From a virus (Duplodnaviria > Caudoviricetes): a stretch of DNA of 39,646 nt. The position numbers and the translations under genes are program-made. Below are positions 17,933 to 28,127 of the stretch, piece by piece. Numbering within the stretch: the first letter of the stretch is position 1; every line of letters begins with the position of its first letter. The notes under the pieces were generated by a model that saw only the letters and a program-made list of their open reading frames with translations, was not told where the DNA came from and did no database searches. The stretch covers positions 1 to 39,646 of IMG/VR virus record IMGVR_UViG_3300043416_000264; one strand, written 5' to 3'.

Positions 17933-18210
17933 TTTATGAAGACTTTGATATAGGTGATATTGTTTGTGCTAAAACAACAGAAAATGATATTGATGTAAAA
18001 ACTTTAGGTATGATAACAAAAAAATTACCAAAAAGTGATTATGAGCCAATGAGAGTTATTTGTGTGAGTCATTATTATGATGTACAAAATAATGCAGGAT
18101 TTGGTTGTTTTGCTCCTAGAGAACTAATAAAGCTATCAACAGCACAATTATATCATATAATGAGAGTTATGAATAGCTGGAAACATTTTGAAAATATAAA
18201 AATAAAATAA
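17929..18210 (+). CDS. hypothetical protein
   Basis: GGAG RBS; ATG 17929 overlaps the HNH stop. Confidence 0.6.
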   Translation: MIYEDFDIGDIVCAKTTENDIDVKTLGMITKKLPKSDYEPMRVICVSHYYDVQNNAGFGCFAPRELIKLSTAQLYHIMRVMNSWKHFENIKIK

Positions 18211-18219
18211 GGATATATT

Positions 18220-18954
18220 ATGCAATTACAAATAGAGAATTCAGTTGTTGTTATAACTCCTACCATTGGAAATTCTGCACTATCAAAAGCAATGGAAAGC
18301 GTGGCAAATCAAACATACAAAAATCTCACACATCTGATTGTTATTGACGGAAGAGAATATTTCGAGAAGGCATTGAAATCTACACCTCTTCATGATAATG
18401 TTGTCATTACAACAGCACCTTTCAATACTGGTGGTAATGGATATTATGGTCATAGAATCTATGCTGCATATTCCCATTTAGTAAATCATGATTATGTTGC
18501 TTTTCTTGATGAAGATAACTGGTTTGATCCCAATCATATTGAAACACTAGTAAATACTCTAGAAACAAAAGATTATGATTGGGTTCATTCACTAAGAAAA
18601 GTATATGTAGAGAATGATTATCTGGCAGATGATTGTTGTGAAAGTATTGGAAAATATCCTATTTGGTTTTCACAGCCAGACAATCCACAGCATTTAGTTG
18701 ATACATCATCATACCTTTTCAAAAGAGATTTTCTAACAAAAGTTGCACACAATATTCATTATGGTTGGGGTGGAGATCGTGTTTTACTAAACAGTATTAT
18801 GCATATGTCTAATTTTGAAACTTCAGGATTACATACATTGAATTATAAGTTGCCAGATATGAACAAGGCTTATGGTGGTGATTTCATGTTTTTTGCAAAA
18901 GGTAATGCAGCGATCAAACAACAATATGGTGGTAAATATCCATGGACAGAATGA
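18220..18954 (+). CDS. GT2-like glycosyltransferase
   Basis: VVITPT, SVANQTY, VIDG, AFLDEDNWF, GWGGDR. Confidence 0.85.
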   Translation: MQLQIENSVVVITPTIGNSALSKAMESVANQTYKNLTHLIVIDGREYFEKALKSTPLHDNVVITTAPFNTGGNGYYGHRIYAAYSHLVNHDYVAFLDEDNWFDPNHIETLVNTLETKDYDWVHSLRKVYVENDYLADDCCESIGKYPIWFSQPDNPQHLVDTSSYLFKRDFLTKVAHNIHYGWGGDRVLLNSIMHMSNFETSGLHTLNYKLPDMNKAYGGDFMFFAKGNAAIKQQYGGKYPWTE

Positions 18955-19673
18955 ACCTATCTCAATTCCTATATTCAACATTAAAAGCGCAGGACGAAGA
19001 ACTAGATTATCTACATCTGTTCGGTAAGTGTATTGGTAATATCGGTAAAACAACTTCACAAAACTTTCAGGATATTTGGGTTCTTCATGAGCTAAAAGAT
19101 AAGAGAGAAGGATTCTTTGTTGAATTTGGCGCAACGAATGGTATTGATTGCTCTAATACATACTTACTAGAAAAAGAATATGGATGGAAAGGTATTCTGG
19201 CTGAACCTAATCCTTACTGGAATGATGCACTGTTTCAAAATAGAAAGTGTATGATCACTACAGAATGTGTTTATAAGAGATCAAATGAATATATCACATT
19301 CAATGTTGTTGACTCAGCTGCTGATCTTTCAACAATTCAAGGTTATGGTGATATTGATGAGCATTCACAAATACGTGAAAAATATCACAACATTTCTGTT
19401 CGAACAATTACTTTACAGGATCTACTAAAGAAGAACAATGCACCTGAGATTATCGACTATCTTTCAATTGATACAGAAGGCAGTGAGCTAGATATTCTTA
19501 AACAGTTCTTTATTGATAATACAGAGTATCAAATCAGATGTATTACAGTAGAACATAACAATCATATGATACAAAGATTTAAGTTGAAAGAACTATTAGA
19601 GGAACAAGGATACACAAGAAAGTATACTGAAATTTCAAGATGGGACGACTATTTCGTAAAGGATGTTGCATGA
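18951..19673 (+). CDS. FkbM-family methyltransferase
   Basis: SQNFQD, FVEFGATNGIDCSNT, GWKGILAEP, IDYLSIDTEGSE, ITVEHN. Confidence 0.85.
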   Translation: MNLSQFLYSTLKAQDEELDYLHLFGKCIGNIGKTTSQNFQDIWVLHELKDKREGFFVEFGATNGIDCSNTYLLEKEYGWKGILAEPNPYWNDALFQNRKCMITTECVYKRSNEYITFNVVDSAADLSTIQGYGDIDEHSQIREKYHNISVRTITLQDLLKKNNAPEIIDYLSIDTEGSELDILKQFFIDNTEYQIRCITVEHNNHMIQRFKLKELLEEQGYTRKYTEISRWDDYFVKDVA

Positions 19674-20611
19674 CAAAGAATTTGATTATTGGTTTTGCTT
19701 CCAATTATGAATGGAAAGATTTACAATATTGGGTAAACTCTATTCAGAAAACAAGCTTTTCTGGCGATATTCATATTGTATCTGATAATATGAATAAAGA
19801 GACAATTGAAAAGTTGGCATCAAAGAATGTGCACATGAGTCTTTATGGTAAGAAGAATGATAATGGTGATTTTATTTCTGAGAAAAGTATTGCACCGCAT
19901 GTGAATAGATTCTTCTATATCTGGAACGCACTTAAGAACATCGGTCCCTCTACTTATAGAGATGTTGTGACAACTGATGTTCGTGATGTTATCTTCCAAT
20001 CTGATCCTATAGAGTGGATTAAAGAAAATCTTGTTATGCATTCACTTGTTGCATCTTCAGAAGGTATGATGTATAAAGATGAGCCATGGGGCAATCAAAA
20101 TCTATTAGAAGCATTTGGTCCATTCTATCATAATATACTCAAAGATAATCTGATTTATAATGTCGGTGTTATTGGTGGTGATTATTATCATGTTCGTGGA
20201 TTACTCTCTTTAATTTTTCAACTAAGTATCAATAGACCTATTCAGATTGTAGATCAAGCAGTATATAACTATCTAATCAATACTGAACCTTTTGTTAATG
20301 ACACTCTATTCACAAGAAACAAAGATACATGGGCAATTCAATTAGGAACAACACTTGATGCTGTTAGATGTGGTTCTGGTGATCTAGGACAAGCATATAT
20401 AAAAGATAAAGCAGCACAACTAAAGTATCATCAATCATATGTTGATGATGCTGTCATTATTGAAGATGGAATAGTCAAAAATCTAGAAAAAAATCCATAT
20501 TGTATCGTTCATCAATATGATAGAATACATGATTTGAATATGAAAATACAACAACTTTATGGAGACAATGATGCTTCTGAACCCGGAACAATTTTCTATC
20601 ATCCAGTCTAA
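19670..20611 (+). CDS. GT-A fold nucleotide-sugar transferase-like protein
   Basis: NRFF, TTDVRDVIFQSDP, NVGVIGG, DQAVYN, IVHQYDR. Confidence 0.7.
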   Translation: MTKNLIIGFASNYEWKDLQYWVNSIQKTSFSGDIHIVSDNMNKETIEKLASKNVHMSLYGKKNDNGDFISEKSIAPHVNRFFYIWNALKNIGPSTYRDVVTTDVRDVIFQSDPIEWIKENLVMHSLVASSEGMMYKDEPWGNQNLLEAFGPFYHNILKDNLIYNVGVIGGDYYHVRGLLSLIFQLSINRPIQIVDQAVYNYLINTEPFVNDTLFTRNKDTWAIQLGTTLDAVRCGSGDLGQAYIKDKAAQLKYHQSYVDDAVIIEDGIVKNLEKNPYCIVHQYDRIHDLNMKIQQLYGDNDASEPGTIFYHPV

Positions 20612-21077
20612 AGAGATGGGTATATGGCCACCAAGTGATTTGATTGCTGATTCTATGTATCCTTATATTAAGAGAATGCCCCAGAAAGCTAATATTCTTG
20701 ATGTTGGAACAATGAAAGGTGAAAATGCATATCGGTTCTTAGAACTTGATACGAAGAACAAGATTGATACTATCTTTACTGTTAGAACTACAAATGAATA
20801 TGATGATCTTGTGAGCAAAAATATTAACAGTTATCCAGATAAGATGAAATTTTGTGAATCAAAAGAACCAGTCGATTTAGTATGTATCAACAGCAACACT
20901 GATCTTGACACAACACTAAAAACATACTATGATCTTGTTAAGACAAACGGCATTTTCTGTGGTAATAATCATTCGCATAAAAATGTAAAAGAAGCTCTAA
21001 CAAAGTTTAGAAGAAGCAGTAAAATCGGTACACCAATATTGGTAGCACATGATGTGTGGTTCTGGCATAGGAGATAA
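20568..21077 (+). CDS. class I SAM-dependent methyltransferase-like protein (divergent)
   Basis: ILDVGTMKGEN and YDLVKTNGIFCGNN; start uncertain (20559, 20568 or 20571). Confidence 0.5.
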   Translation: MMLLNPEQFSIIQSKEMGIWPPSDLIADSMYPYIKRMPQKANILDVGTMKGENAYRFLELDTKNKIDTIFTVRTTNEYDDLVSKNINSYPDKMKFCESKEPVDLVCINSNTDLDTTLKTYYDLVKTNGIFCGNNHSHKNVKEALTKFRRSSKIGTPILVAHDVWFWHRR

Positions 21078-21079
21078 TT

Positions 21080-22102
21080 ATGAAAACAGCATTAGTGTTA
21101 GGAGCAGGCGGGTTCGTTGGACATCATTTAGTAAATCGGCTGAAGAAAGAAGGATACTGGGTTCGTGGTGTTGATCTCAAGTATCCTGAATTTGAAAAGA
21201 GTTCCGCTGATCATTTTGTTACTCGTGATCTTAGAGAACAAAGAGAAGTACAAGAACTTATTGGCTATGCAGGTTCATGTCGCAATCCATATCAAACATG
21301 GTCAAGAGCATTTGATAAACCCTTTGATGAGATTTATCAACTAGCTGCTTTAATGGGAGGTGCTGGATTTATCTTTACAGGAGAACATGATGCTGATGTT
21401 ATGCATAATTCAGCAACAATCAATCTCAATGTTCTAAATGCTGTTAAAGAATATAATCATTATAACAAGATCAATAAGACAAAGATTTTCTATTCATCAT
21501 CTGCATGTATGTATCCAGAATATAATCAGCTTGATCCTCACAATCCTAATTGTGAGGAATCTTCTGCATATCCTGCGAATCCAGATTCTGAATATGGTTG
21601 GGAAAAGTTGTTCTCTGAAAGACTTTATCTAGCTTATAATCGTAACTATAATATTCCTGTACGCATTGCTAGATTTCATAACATCTATGGTCCTCTAGGA
21701 ACATGGCAAGGTGGTAAGGAAAAAGCACCAGCAGCTATTTGTCGTAAGGTTCTAACATCATCAAATGAGATTGAAATCTGGGGTGATGGTAATCAAACAC
21801 GGTCATTTCTTTATATTGATGATTGTATTGATGCTGTTAGACTTTTGATGGAATCTGATTTCATGGGTTCTATCAATATTGGTTCTGAAGAAATGGTAAC
21901 TATCAATCAGCTTGTTGATTTAGCATGTGATATTGAAAATAAAGATCTGGTAAAGAAACATGTTCCTGGTCCTACTGGTGTTCGTGGACGAAACTCAGAT
22001 AATAGACTAATCGAAAAGACGTTAGGTTGGAAACCAAAATATTCATTGGAACAAGGTTTAGAGAAAACATACTTTTGGATTGAATCACAATTAGGAAAGT
22101 AA
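21080..22102 (+). CDS. GDP-mannose 3,5-epimerase-like extended SDR
   Basis: GAGGFVG, LAALMGGAGFI, YSSSACMYP, PDSEYGWEKLFSE, RFHNIYGP.GTW.GGKEKAPAA.CRK, WGDG.QTRSF, GVRGRNSDN. Confidence 0.85.
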   Translation: MKTALVLGAGGFVGHHLVNRLKKEGYWVRGVDLKYPEFEKSSADHFVTRDLREQREVQELIGYAGSCRNPYQTWSRAFDKPFDEIYQLAALMGGAGFIFTGEHDADVMHNSATINLNVLNAVKEYNHYNKINKTKIFYSSSACMYPEYNQLDPHNPNCEESSAYPANPDSEYGWEKLFSERLYLAYNRNYNIPVRIARFHNIYGPLGTWQGGKEKAPAAICRKVLTSSNEIEIWGDGNQTRSFLYIDDCIDAVRLLMESDFMGSINIGSEEMVTINQLVDLACDIENKDLVKKHVPGPTGVRGRNSDNRLIEKTLGWKPKYSLEQGLEKTYFWIESQLGK

Positions 22103-22106
22103 TATT

Positions 22107-22994
22107 ATGAATTTATTGAAACTGGGATTTACAGACACTTTTGGTTCTATCGAAAACTTCTTTATTAAAATTCTATCAGAAAAATATCAGGTGATTCGTG
22201 ATGATCAAAATCCAGACTATCTGATCTTTGGTGATAAGAATTTTGGCAACAATAATGTTAATTACAATAACAAAAACTGTATCAAGATTTTTTATACTGG
22301 TGAAAATGAAAGAAATTATGAATATCAATGTGATTATTCAATAACATTTGATCATCCTGAATATGAAGGTAGGAACTATCGACTGCCACTATATGTAATT
22401 TATGATTATGATAATCATCATAGAAATGTACCAAACACATCCATTATCAACAGAACTCCTTCCGATCTCTTGGCTAAGAAAGAATTCTGTTCGTTTGTTG
22501 TAAAGAATGGTGGCTGTCAAAAAAGAAATGAATGGTTTCAGATATTGAATTCATATAAAGGTGTAGCATCAGGTGGACCACTATTCAATAACATTGGTTA
22601 TGTTCTTCCTCGTGGTGAACAATCTGTTCAAGCAAAGCTAGAATTTTTGAATTCATATAAGTTCAATCTTTGTTTTGAGAATGCATCATATCCTGGTTAT
22701 GCAACGGAAAAGCTATATGAAGCATTATGTGCTAAGACAATACCAATTTATTGGGGCAGTCCAACAATTGAGTGTGATTTCAATACTAAAGCTTTTTTGA
22801 ACTGGCATGATTATGGAGATGACCAATCATTTCTTGAAGCGATCAAAGAAATAGATAATAATCCAGATATGTACACCGAGATGTATTTGGAACCCATGTT
22901 TTCAGACTATCAAAGGGTAAACAAGTTCTTTGATAAAGGGCGTTTTCTAAATTGGTTTGAACGATATGTATACAAGGGTATATTAAATGCATAA
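22107..22994 (+). CDS. GT10 (alpha-1,3/4-fucosyltransferase-like) glycosyltransferase
   Basis: KIFYTGEN, YRLPLY, FCSFVV, YKFNLCFENASYPGYATEKL, IPIYWG, DFN. Confidence 0.85.
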   Translation: MNLLKLGFTDTFGSIENFFIKILSEKYQVIRDDQNPDYLIFGDKNFGNNNVNYNNKNCIKIFYTGENERNYEYQCDYSITFDHPEYEGRNYRLPLYVIYDYDNHHRNVPNTSIINRTPSDLLAKKEFCSFVVKNGGCQKRNEWFQILNSYKGVASGGPLFNNIGYVLPRGEQSVQAKLEFLNSYKFNLCFENASYPGYATEKLYEALCAKTIPIYWGSPTIECDFNTKAFLNWHDYGDDQSFLEAIKEIDNNPDMYTEMYLEPMFSDYQRVNKFFDKGRFLNWFERYVYKGILNA

Positions 22995-23721
22995 AGCATT
23001 GATTATTACTCCTACTGGTTGTCCGATATTCTTTGATAATGATTATGATAAAGACAATCATTGGAGATTTACAAAGAAAGAACGAACATATGAAACAATT
23101 GTTGTAACATTTAATGACTTTGTACCAGAAGAAAACTCTTATGATAGTTGGATAAAGTATCCTATCAGATACAAATGGAAACAAGTACCAGAACTATTTG
23201 ACAAGTTTGATATTAAATGGTATAATTTCGATTATATCGCAATATGGGATGATGATTATTGCACAGATATTCGTTCTGTAAATAGATCATTAGAACTTGC
23301 CAGACAGTTTGACTTTCCATTCTTTCAGCAAGCATTGAAATCATGGACGGTGTATCCATGTCTTGAACAAGATACAACTTGTTCTTTTGCTAAAACAAAC
23401 TTTACTGAAATGGGAATCTGCTTCTATCGCCAAGATGTGTTTAGTAAAGTTCTTAAACTATTGCGTGACTATCAATACAATGAATCTGAATGGGGTATTG
23501 ATAAGATCATGTGTGACTATCTAAAATTACCAGCATATATAGTTCATGAAGTATCTGCGAAGCACATGAGACGTGAAAGTTGGTATGATAAGTCAAATGC
23601 TTTCAAGGAAATGGACTACTTGATGAAAGAGTGGTTTCCAAAGTATATGAAAGAAAAATTCGATTCTGATTATTCATATCATGATAATCAGATTGTCATT
23701 GAGAAATATAAATTAGGATGA
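22987..23721 (+). CDS. DUF707-like GT-A protein
   Basis: FDYIAIWDDD, FQQAL, TNFTE, WGID. Confidence 0.55.
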   Translation: MHKALIITPTGCPIFFDNDYDKDNHWRFTKKERTYETIVVTFNDFVPEENSYDSWIKYPIRYKWKQVPELFDKFDIKWYNFDYIAIWDDDYCTDIRSVNRSLELARQFDFPFFQQALKSWTVYPCLEQDTTCSFAKTNFTEMGICFYRQDVFSKVLKLLRDYQYNESEWGIDKIMCDYLKLPAYIVHEVSAKHMRRESWYDKSNAFKEMDYLMKEWFPKYMKEKFDSDYSYHDNQIVIEKYKLG

Positions 23722-23725
23722 AATA

Positions 23726-24769
23726 ATGAGAAAGAGACTATTACTTACTGGAGGGGCTGGATTTATTGGGCACCACATCGTTGATCTTTTCATGCAACAG
23801 ACAGATTGGGATATTATATCTCTTGATAGATTAGACTATTCAGGAAATCTCAATCGTCTAAATGATGTTGTATCACGATATCCTAAGACAGAACAAAAAC
23901 GTGTTAAGATTGTTTGGCATGATTTAAAGTCTGATGTTCATGAACTAACACGCAACTTTATTGGTGATGTGAATATTATTCTACATCTTGCAGCATCAAG
24001 TCATGTTGATAGATCAATTACACATCCAATGGAATTTGTCATGGATAATACTATTGGTACTGTCAATCTTTTGAATTATTCAAGACAATTGAATAATCTA
24101 GAAAGACTTATCTACTTCTCTACAGATGAAATCTTTGGCTCTGCACCTCCAGGAGTTTTGTATGGTGAGTATGATAGATATAACTCAACGAATCCATATT
24201 CTGCATCCAAAGCAGCAGCAGAAGAATTCTGTGTAGCATATGAAAACACATATAAGTTGCCAATCTATGTGAGCCACACGATGAATGTTTTTGGTGAAAG
24301 ACAGCATCCTGAAAAGTTCATTCCTATGTGTATTCGCAAGATTCGTGATTCAGAAAAGATTTATGTTCATTCTGATCCTTCAAAGACACAAGCTGGAAGC
24401 AGATTTTATATCAATGCTAAGGATGTGGCAGAAGCAATGTATTTTCTTCTGCATATGAATGATAGGCAGCATCGTATCATCAAGGACCATATGGCATCTC
24501 TTGGTGTTCGTTGTCCTAAGTTCAATGTTGTTGGTAAGGAAGAAATAGATAATCTTTCAATGGTCAAGATTATTGCAGAAGCACAGAATAAAGACCCTGT
24601 ATATGAGATGGTGGATTTTCATACTTCAAGACCAGGACATGATCTTAGATATTCTCTTGATGGATCATTTATGAGAAAGTTAGGATGGGAACCAAGAATC
24701 TCATTGCGTGAAAGATTACATGAAGTAACACATTGGTCACTTAAGAATAAGGAATGGATTGAAGTATGA
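23726..24769 (+). CDS. NDP-glucose 4,6-dehydratase (RmlB-like)
   Basis: TGGAGFIG, HLAASSHVDRSI, FSTDE, NPYSASK, QHPEKFIP, RPGHDLRY. Confidence 0.85.
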   Translation: MRKRLLLTGGAGFIGHHIVDLFMQQTDWDIISLDRLDYSGNLNRLNDVVSRYPKTEQKRVKIVWHDLKSDVHELTRNFIGDVNIILHLAASSHVDRSITHPMEFVMDNTIGTVNLLNYSRQLNNLERLIYFSTDEIFGSAPPGVLYGEYDRYNSTNPYSASKAAAEEFCVAYENTYKLPIYVSHTMNVFGERQHPEKFIPMCIRKIRDSEKIYVHSDPSKTQAGSRFYINAKDVAEAMYFLLHMNDRQHRIIKDHMASLGVRCPKFNVVGKEEIDNLSMVKIIAEAQNKDPVYEMVDFHTSRPGHDLRYSLDGSFMRKLGWEPRISLRERLHEVTHWSLKNKEWIEV

Positions 24770-25440
24770 GCAGACAAACATTGAGAAATGCATTTGATTG
24801 TGCTGATCATTCATCTGATAAATGGGAACCATATTTTGAGATATATGACAGACATCTTCGTAGATTTCTGCTAAGACACAACACACATCTTGTTGAAGTT
24901 GGTGTTCAGAAAGGTGGTTCTCTGGATATGTGGAGTAAATATCTACCAGTAGATTCAAGAATTACAGGTATTGATATTGATCCAGAATGTGCTAATCTGA
25001 AATATGATACTGATAGAATATCTGTTATCATAGGTGATCAGGGTGTTGAAGGTTTTTGGAATGAAACTATACCATCATTGGGTAAGATAGATATCTTTAT
25101 CGATGATGGTGGTCATTTTATGGATCAACAGATTCTAACATTTGAAAAAGTATTTCCTCTGATGCCACATAATTCTGTCTATATTTGTGAAGATACACAT
25201 ACAAGTTATACACAGTATAATGGTGGTGGTTTTAGATATAAAGGTAGTTTTATCGAATATGCTAAGCAGTATGTTGATGTTATTCATTCTAAATGGATTG
25301 ATGAACTTGATACTGAGTTTGAAAGAAAAAAGAAACTAGCAAAAGACTTGACATCAGTTCACTTCTATGATAGCATGGTTGTGTTCGAAAAGCTTGGGAA
25401 AAAGGATATGCAACGTGTTTCACCAATCAAATTCTGTTAA
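24766..25440 (+). CDS. class I SAM-dependent (sugar O-) methyltransferase
   Basis: KWEPYF, VEVGVQKGGSL, GIDID, GDQ, IDDGGH, YICED.HTSY. Confidence 0.8.
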   Translation: MSRQTLRNAFDCADHSSDKWEPYFEIYDRHLRRFLLRHNTHLVEVGVQKGGSLDMWSKYLPVDSRITGIDIDPECANLKYDTDRISVIIGDQGVEGFWNETIPSLGKIDIFIDDGGHFMDQQILTFEKVFPLMPHNSVYICEDTHTSYTQYNGGGFRYKGSFIEYAKQYVDVIHSKWIDELDTEFERKKKLAKDLTSVHFYDSMVVFEKLGKKDMQRVSPIKFC

Positions 25441-26650
25441 ACTAAAGAATTGTCTTGCGTGTGGATCAAGTGATCTAAAACTAACTCTTGATCTGAATAA
25501 TCAACCACTAGCCAACTCATATAAGAATAATAAGAATGAAGTACAAGAACATTTTCCATTAGCTATCAATCGATGTGGAAACTGTTATCATGTTCAACTA
25601 ACACATGCAGTGAATCCAGAACTAATGTTTAAGAATTATTTGTATGTTTCTGGCACATCAAAGACGATGGATGATCATTTCAAGTGGTTTGCTGATTACA
25701 CTGTTGAATATTTTCAGTCGATTATACATAATTATCCAGTAAATGTTTTTGATATTGGTTGTAATGATGGTTCACAACTAAAACACTACAAGAATTTTAA
25801 TCTTGACACATATGGTATTGATCCAGCAGAAAATCTAGCAGAAAAATCCATGTTCCGTGGTCATAAGATTTTTGTGAATTTTTTTGATGCTAATTTCATT
25901 TTGAAACATGACGGTGAATATGATATCATTACTGCACAAAATGTCTTTGCACATAATTATGATCCGTATGATTTTATGCTATGTGCAAAGAATATTATGC
26001 ATAAAGATTCATTGTTCTTCATACAGACATCACAAGCAGATATGATCAAGAATAATGAGTTTGATACAATATATCATGAACATATTTCATTCTATAATAT
26101 CAATTCAATGAACGAATTGTGTAAGAGAACAGGAATGTTTCTTGTTGATGTTATCAAGTGTCCTTTGCATGGTAACAGCTATATTTTCATTGTTTCAAAG
26201 AATTTGAACAATGCTAGACCTGCACATATTTACAATCTAATAGAAATGGAACGAAAGCAGGGTCTATTGTCTGATGATACATATGTAAAGTATGCTGAGA
26301 AGTGTAATGCTGTTGTTGATGATCTGAGAAAAGTATTTGATGGCTATTTTGGTGTACATAAAGTCTACGGATATGGTGCGGCAGCAAAGGGAATGACTCT
26401 TCTCAATTATTCTGGCATTCATCTAGATTGTATCATTGATGATAATCCTTTGAAGCAAGGAAAGTTTACACCAGGATCAAACATTGAAATTTGTTCTATT
26501 GATAGATTAGACAAAGAGGATGGTCCAATCATGTTTATTCCTTTAGCATGGAATTTCTTTGATGAAATCAAATCAAGGATTAAAAACAAAAGAAATAATT
26601 TAGATGATAAGTTCTGTTCATATTTTCCAAAAGTTAAGATTTCATCATGA
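25415..26650 (+). CDS. NDP-sugar C-methyltransferase (Zn-binding N-terminus)
   Basis: CLAC...CGNC, QPLAN, DIGCNDG, NVFAH, FDTIYHEH, HGNS, GYGAAAKG, KQGKFTPG, LAWNF; GTG 25415 follows an AAGGA RBS. Confidence 0.85.
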   Translation: MFHQSNSVKLKNCLACGSSDLKLTLDLNNQPLANSYKNNKNEVQEHFPLAINRCGNCYHVQLTHAVNPELMFKNYLYVSGTSKTMDDHFKWFADYTVEYFQSIIHNYPVNVFDIGCNDGSQLKHYKNFNLDTYGIDPAENLAEKSMFRGHKIFVNFFDANFILKHDGEYDIITAQNVFAHNYDPYDFMLCAKNIMHKDSLFFIQTSQADMIKNNEFDTIYHEHISFYNINSMNELCKRTGMFLVDVIKCPLHGNSYIFIVSKNLNNARPAHIYNLIEMERKQGLLSDDTYVKYAEKCNAVVDDLRKVFDGYFGVHKVYGYGAAAKGMTLLNYSGIHLDCIIDDNPLKQGKFTPGSNIEICSIDRLDKEDGPIMFIPLAWNFFDEIKSRIKNKRNNLDDKFCSYFPKVKISS

Positions 26651-27432
26651 AAAACATTCTATATTATCATGTATACTTAACTGATGAGCCGTCCACATGG
26701 TCATCAGTTTTTCTTGAGCAGATGAAATGTATGGAAGATGCAGGAATGTTTTCTGTACTTGATGAAATCAGAATGACTTGTATTACACAGTTAGATGCAA
26801 GAAACGAATATCTTCATCAATTGTGTAATACATATCCTGTTAAATTTAACATAGAGTTTGTGCAGAATTCATATTCTGATGATAAAGATATGTTGTGTGG
26901 TCTGAGTACAGAAAGAACAATCACAGAGAATTATACGTATCGTAAAATATATAATGATTGTCAAAAAGAAGAAATGATAGTCTGTTATATTCATACTAAA
27001 GGAATTACGTCAAGTATGAAATTTAGTAAAGATTATATGAGCATTCATAAGAATTATTATTACTGGAGACAATATTTAAACTGGGGTGTTCTTGAAAAAT
27101 GGAAAACTTGTATATCTGCGTTACAAGAGCATGATGTTGCTGGAGTGAATTTTTATATGAATCCTTCACCACATTTCTCTGGCAATTTTTGGTGGGCAAA
27201 TTCTTCATATATTACAAAACTACCTGATCCAGCAACAGTAGATTGGTGGAGAGAATTGCAGAAGAATACTAATAATATGTGGCTAAAATATGCACCTGAT
27301 CGGTTCAGAGATGAACAGTGGTTATGTTCATTGAATGATGTAAAGATATACAATGTTTTTAATCTGCTTGAAGTAGAAAATCCTGCAGCATCATTCTTAC
27401 CTAAAAGGAGATATGTTAATGAAGTTTATTGA
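26647..27432 (+). CDS. hypothetical glycan-pathway protein (putative glycosyltransferase)
   Basis: YIHTKG, WRQYL, HFSGNFWWA, EQWL; last gene of the glycan cluster. Confidence 0.5.
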   Translation: MKNILYYHVYLTDEPSTWSSVFLEQMKCMEDAGMFSVLDEIRMTCITQLDARNEYLHQLCNTYPVKFNIEFVQNSYSDDKDMLCGLSTERTITENYTYRKIYNDCQKEEMIVCYIHTKGITSSMKFSKDYMSIHKNYYYWRQYLNWGVLEKWKTCISALQEHDVAGVNFYMNPSPHFSGNFWWANSSYITKLPDPATVDWWRELQKNTNNMWLKYAPDRFRDEQWLCSLNDVKIYNVFNLLEVENPAASFLPKRRYVNEVY

Positions 27433-27616
27433 ACTGACAGATTATCACACAACCAAAAAAATTCTGATCAATATGAATAAAGTATTCACAGTTCGAAATA
27501 CACATAAATCTACATTTAATAAGAAGAATTACACAAGCATAGATTTTGGTAATGATCAATATATTCATGTTACTGAAGAATATAATTTAATTAAAGAAAT
27601 TATTGAAAGGATGTAA
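27413..27616 (+). CDS. small hypothetical protein (FlbD-like pattern possible)
   Basis: KFIELT...ILIN...I.V.E pattern; AGGAG RBS. Confidence 0.5.
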   Translation: MLMKFIELTDYHTTKKILINMNKVFTVRNTHKSTFNKKNYTSIDFGNDQYIHVTEEYNLIKEIIERM

Positions 27617-27619
27617 TTG

Positions 27620-27802
27620 ATGGAAATTATAGAAACACAGCTCGTTCAAAGAAACTTTGATGGACATTGGGAAAAGATTGCAAGAGTTATTGATCATGAA
27701 AACTCTTACACATATAAAAATGAAACAGGAACAAGTGTAACACTGATTCCTGAAAGATGGATTACAATTGGTGTATACGATTTTATTATGGAGATTGAAT
27801 AA
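27620..27802 (+). CDS. hypothetical protein (60 aa)
   Basis: AAGGA RBS; stop overlaps the next start. Confidence 0.6.
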   Translation: MEIIETQLVQRNFDGHWEKIARVIDHENSYTYKNETGTSVTLIPERWITIGVYDFIMEIE

Positions 27803-28122
27803 TGGCTCTAAATGTTAAACTAATAAGATTATTGTCAGGTGAGGAGCTTATTGCCGAACTGATCACTGACCATAAAGATACAAATAAGATTGTTATGAAG
27901 AATCCACTTAGAGTGATGGTTATTCCATCTAAGTCGAATCCACAAACACCCACAGTCGGATTTGCGCCGTGGATGGAATTCTCAGATGATAAGAATTTTG
28001 AGCTTGACTTAAACCATATATTGTGTATAATGAATCCAGTCAAAGAATTCATCAACCAATATAATGCCACGTTTGGTGGTATCATAACTCATAAAACAAG
28101 TAACATCATTCTACCAGGATAG
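27802..28122 (+). CDS. hypothetical protein, Sm-like pattern, upstream of the DNA polymerase
   Basis: VKLIRLLSGEELIA, GFAPW, YNATFG. Confidence 0.65.
   Translation: MALNVKLIRLLSGEELIAELITDHKDTNKIVMKNPLRVMVIPSKSNPQTPTVGFAPWMEFSDDKNFELDLNHILCIMNPVKEFINQYNATFGGIITHKTSNIILPG
28004..28031 (+). promoter_or_regulatory. sigma70-type promoter embedded in the upstream CDS, positioned to drive gp43
   Basis: TTGACT-16 bp-TATAAT. Confidence 0.5.
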
Positions 28123-28127
28123 AAAAC

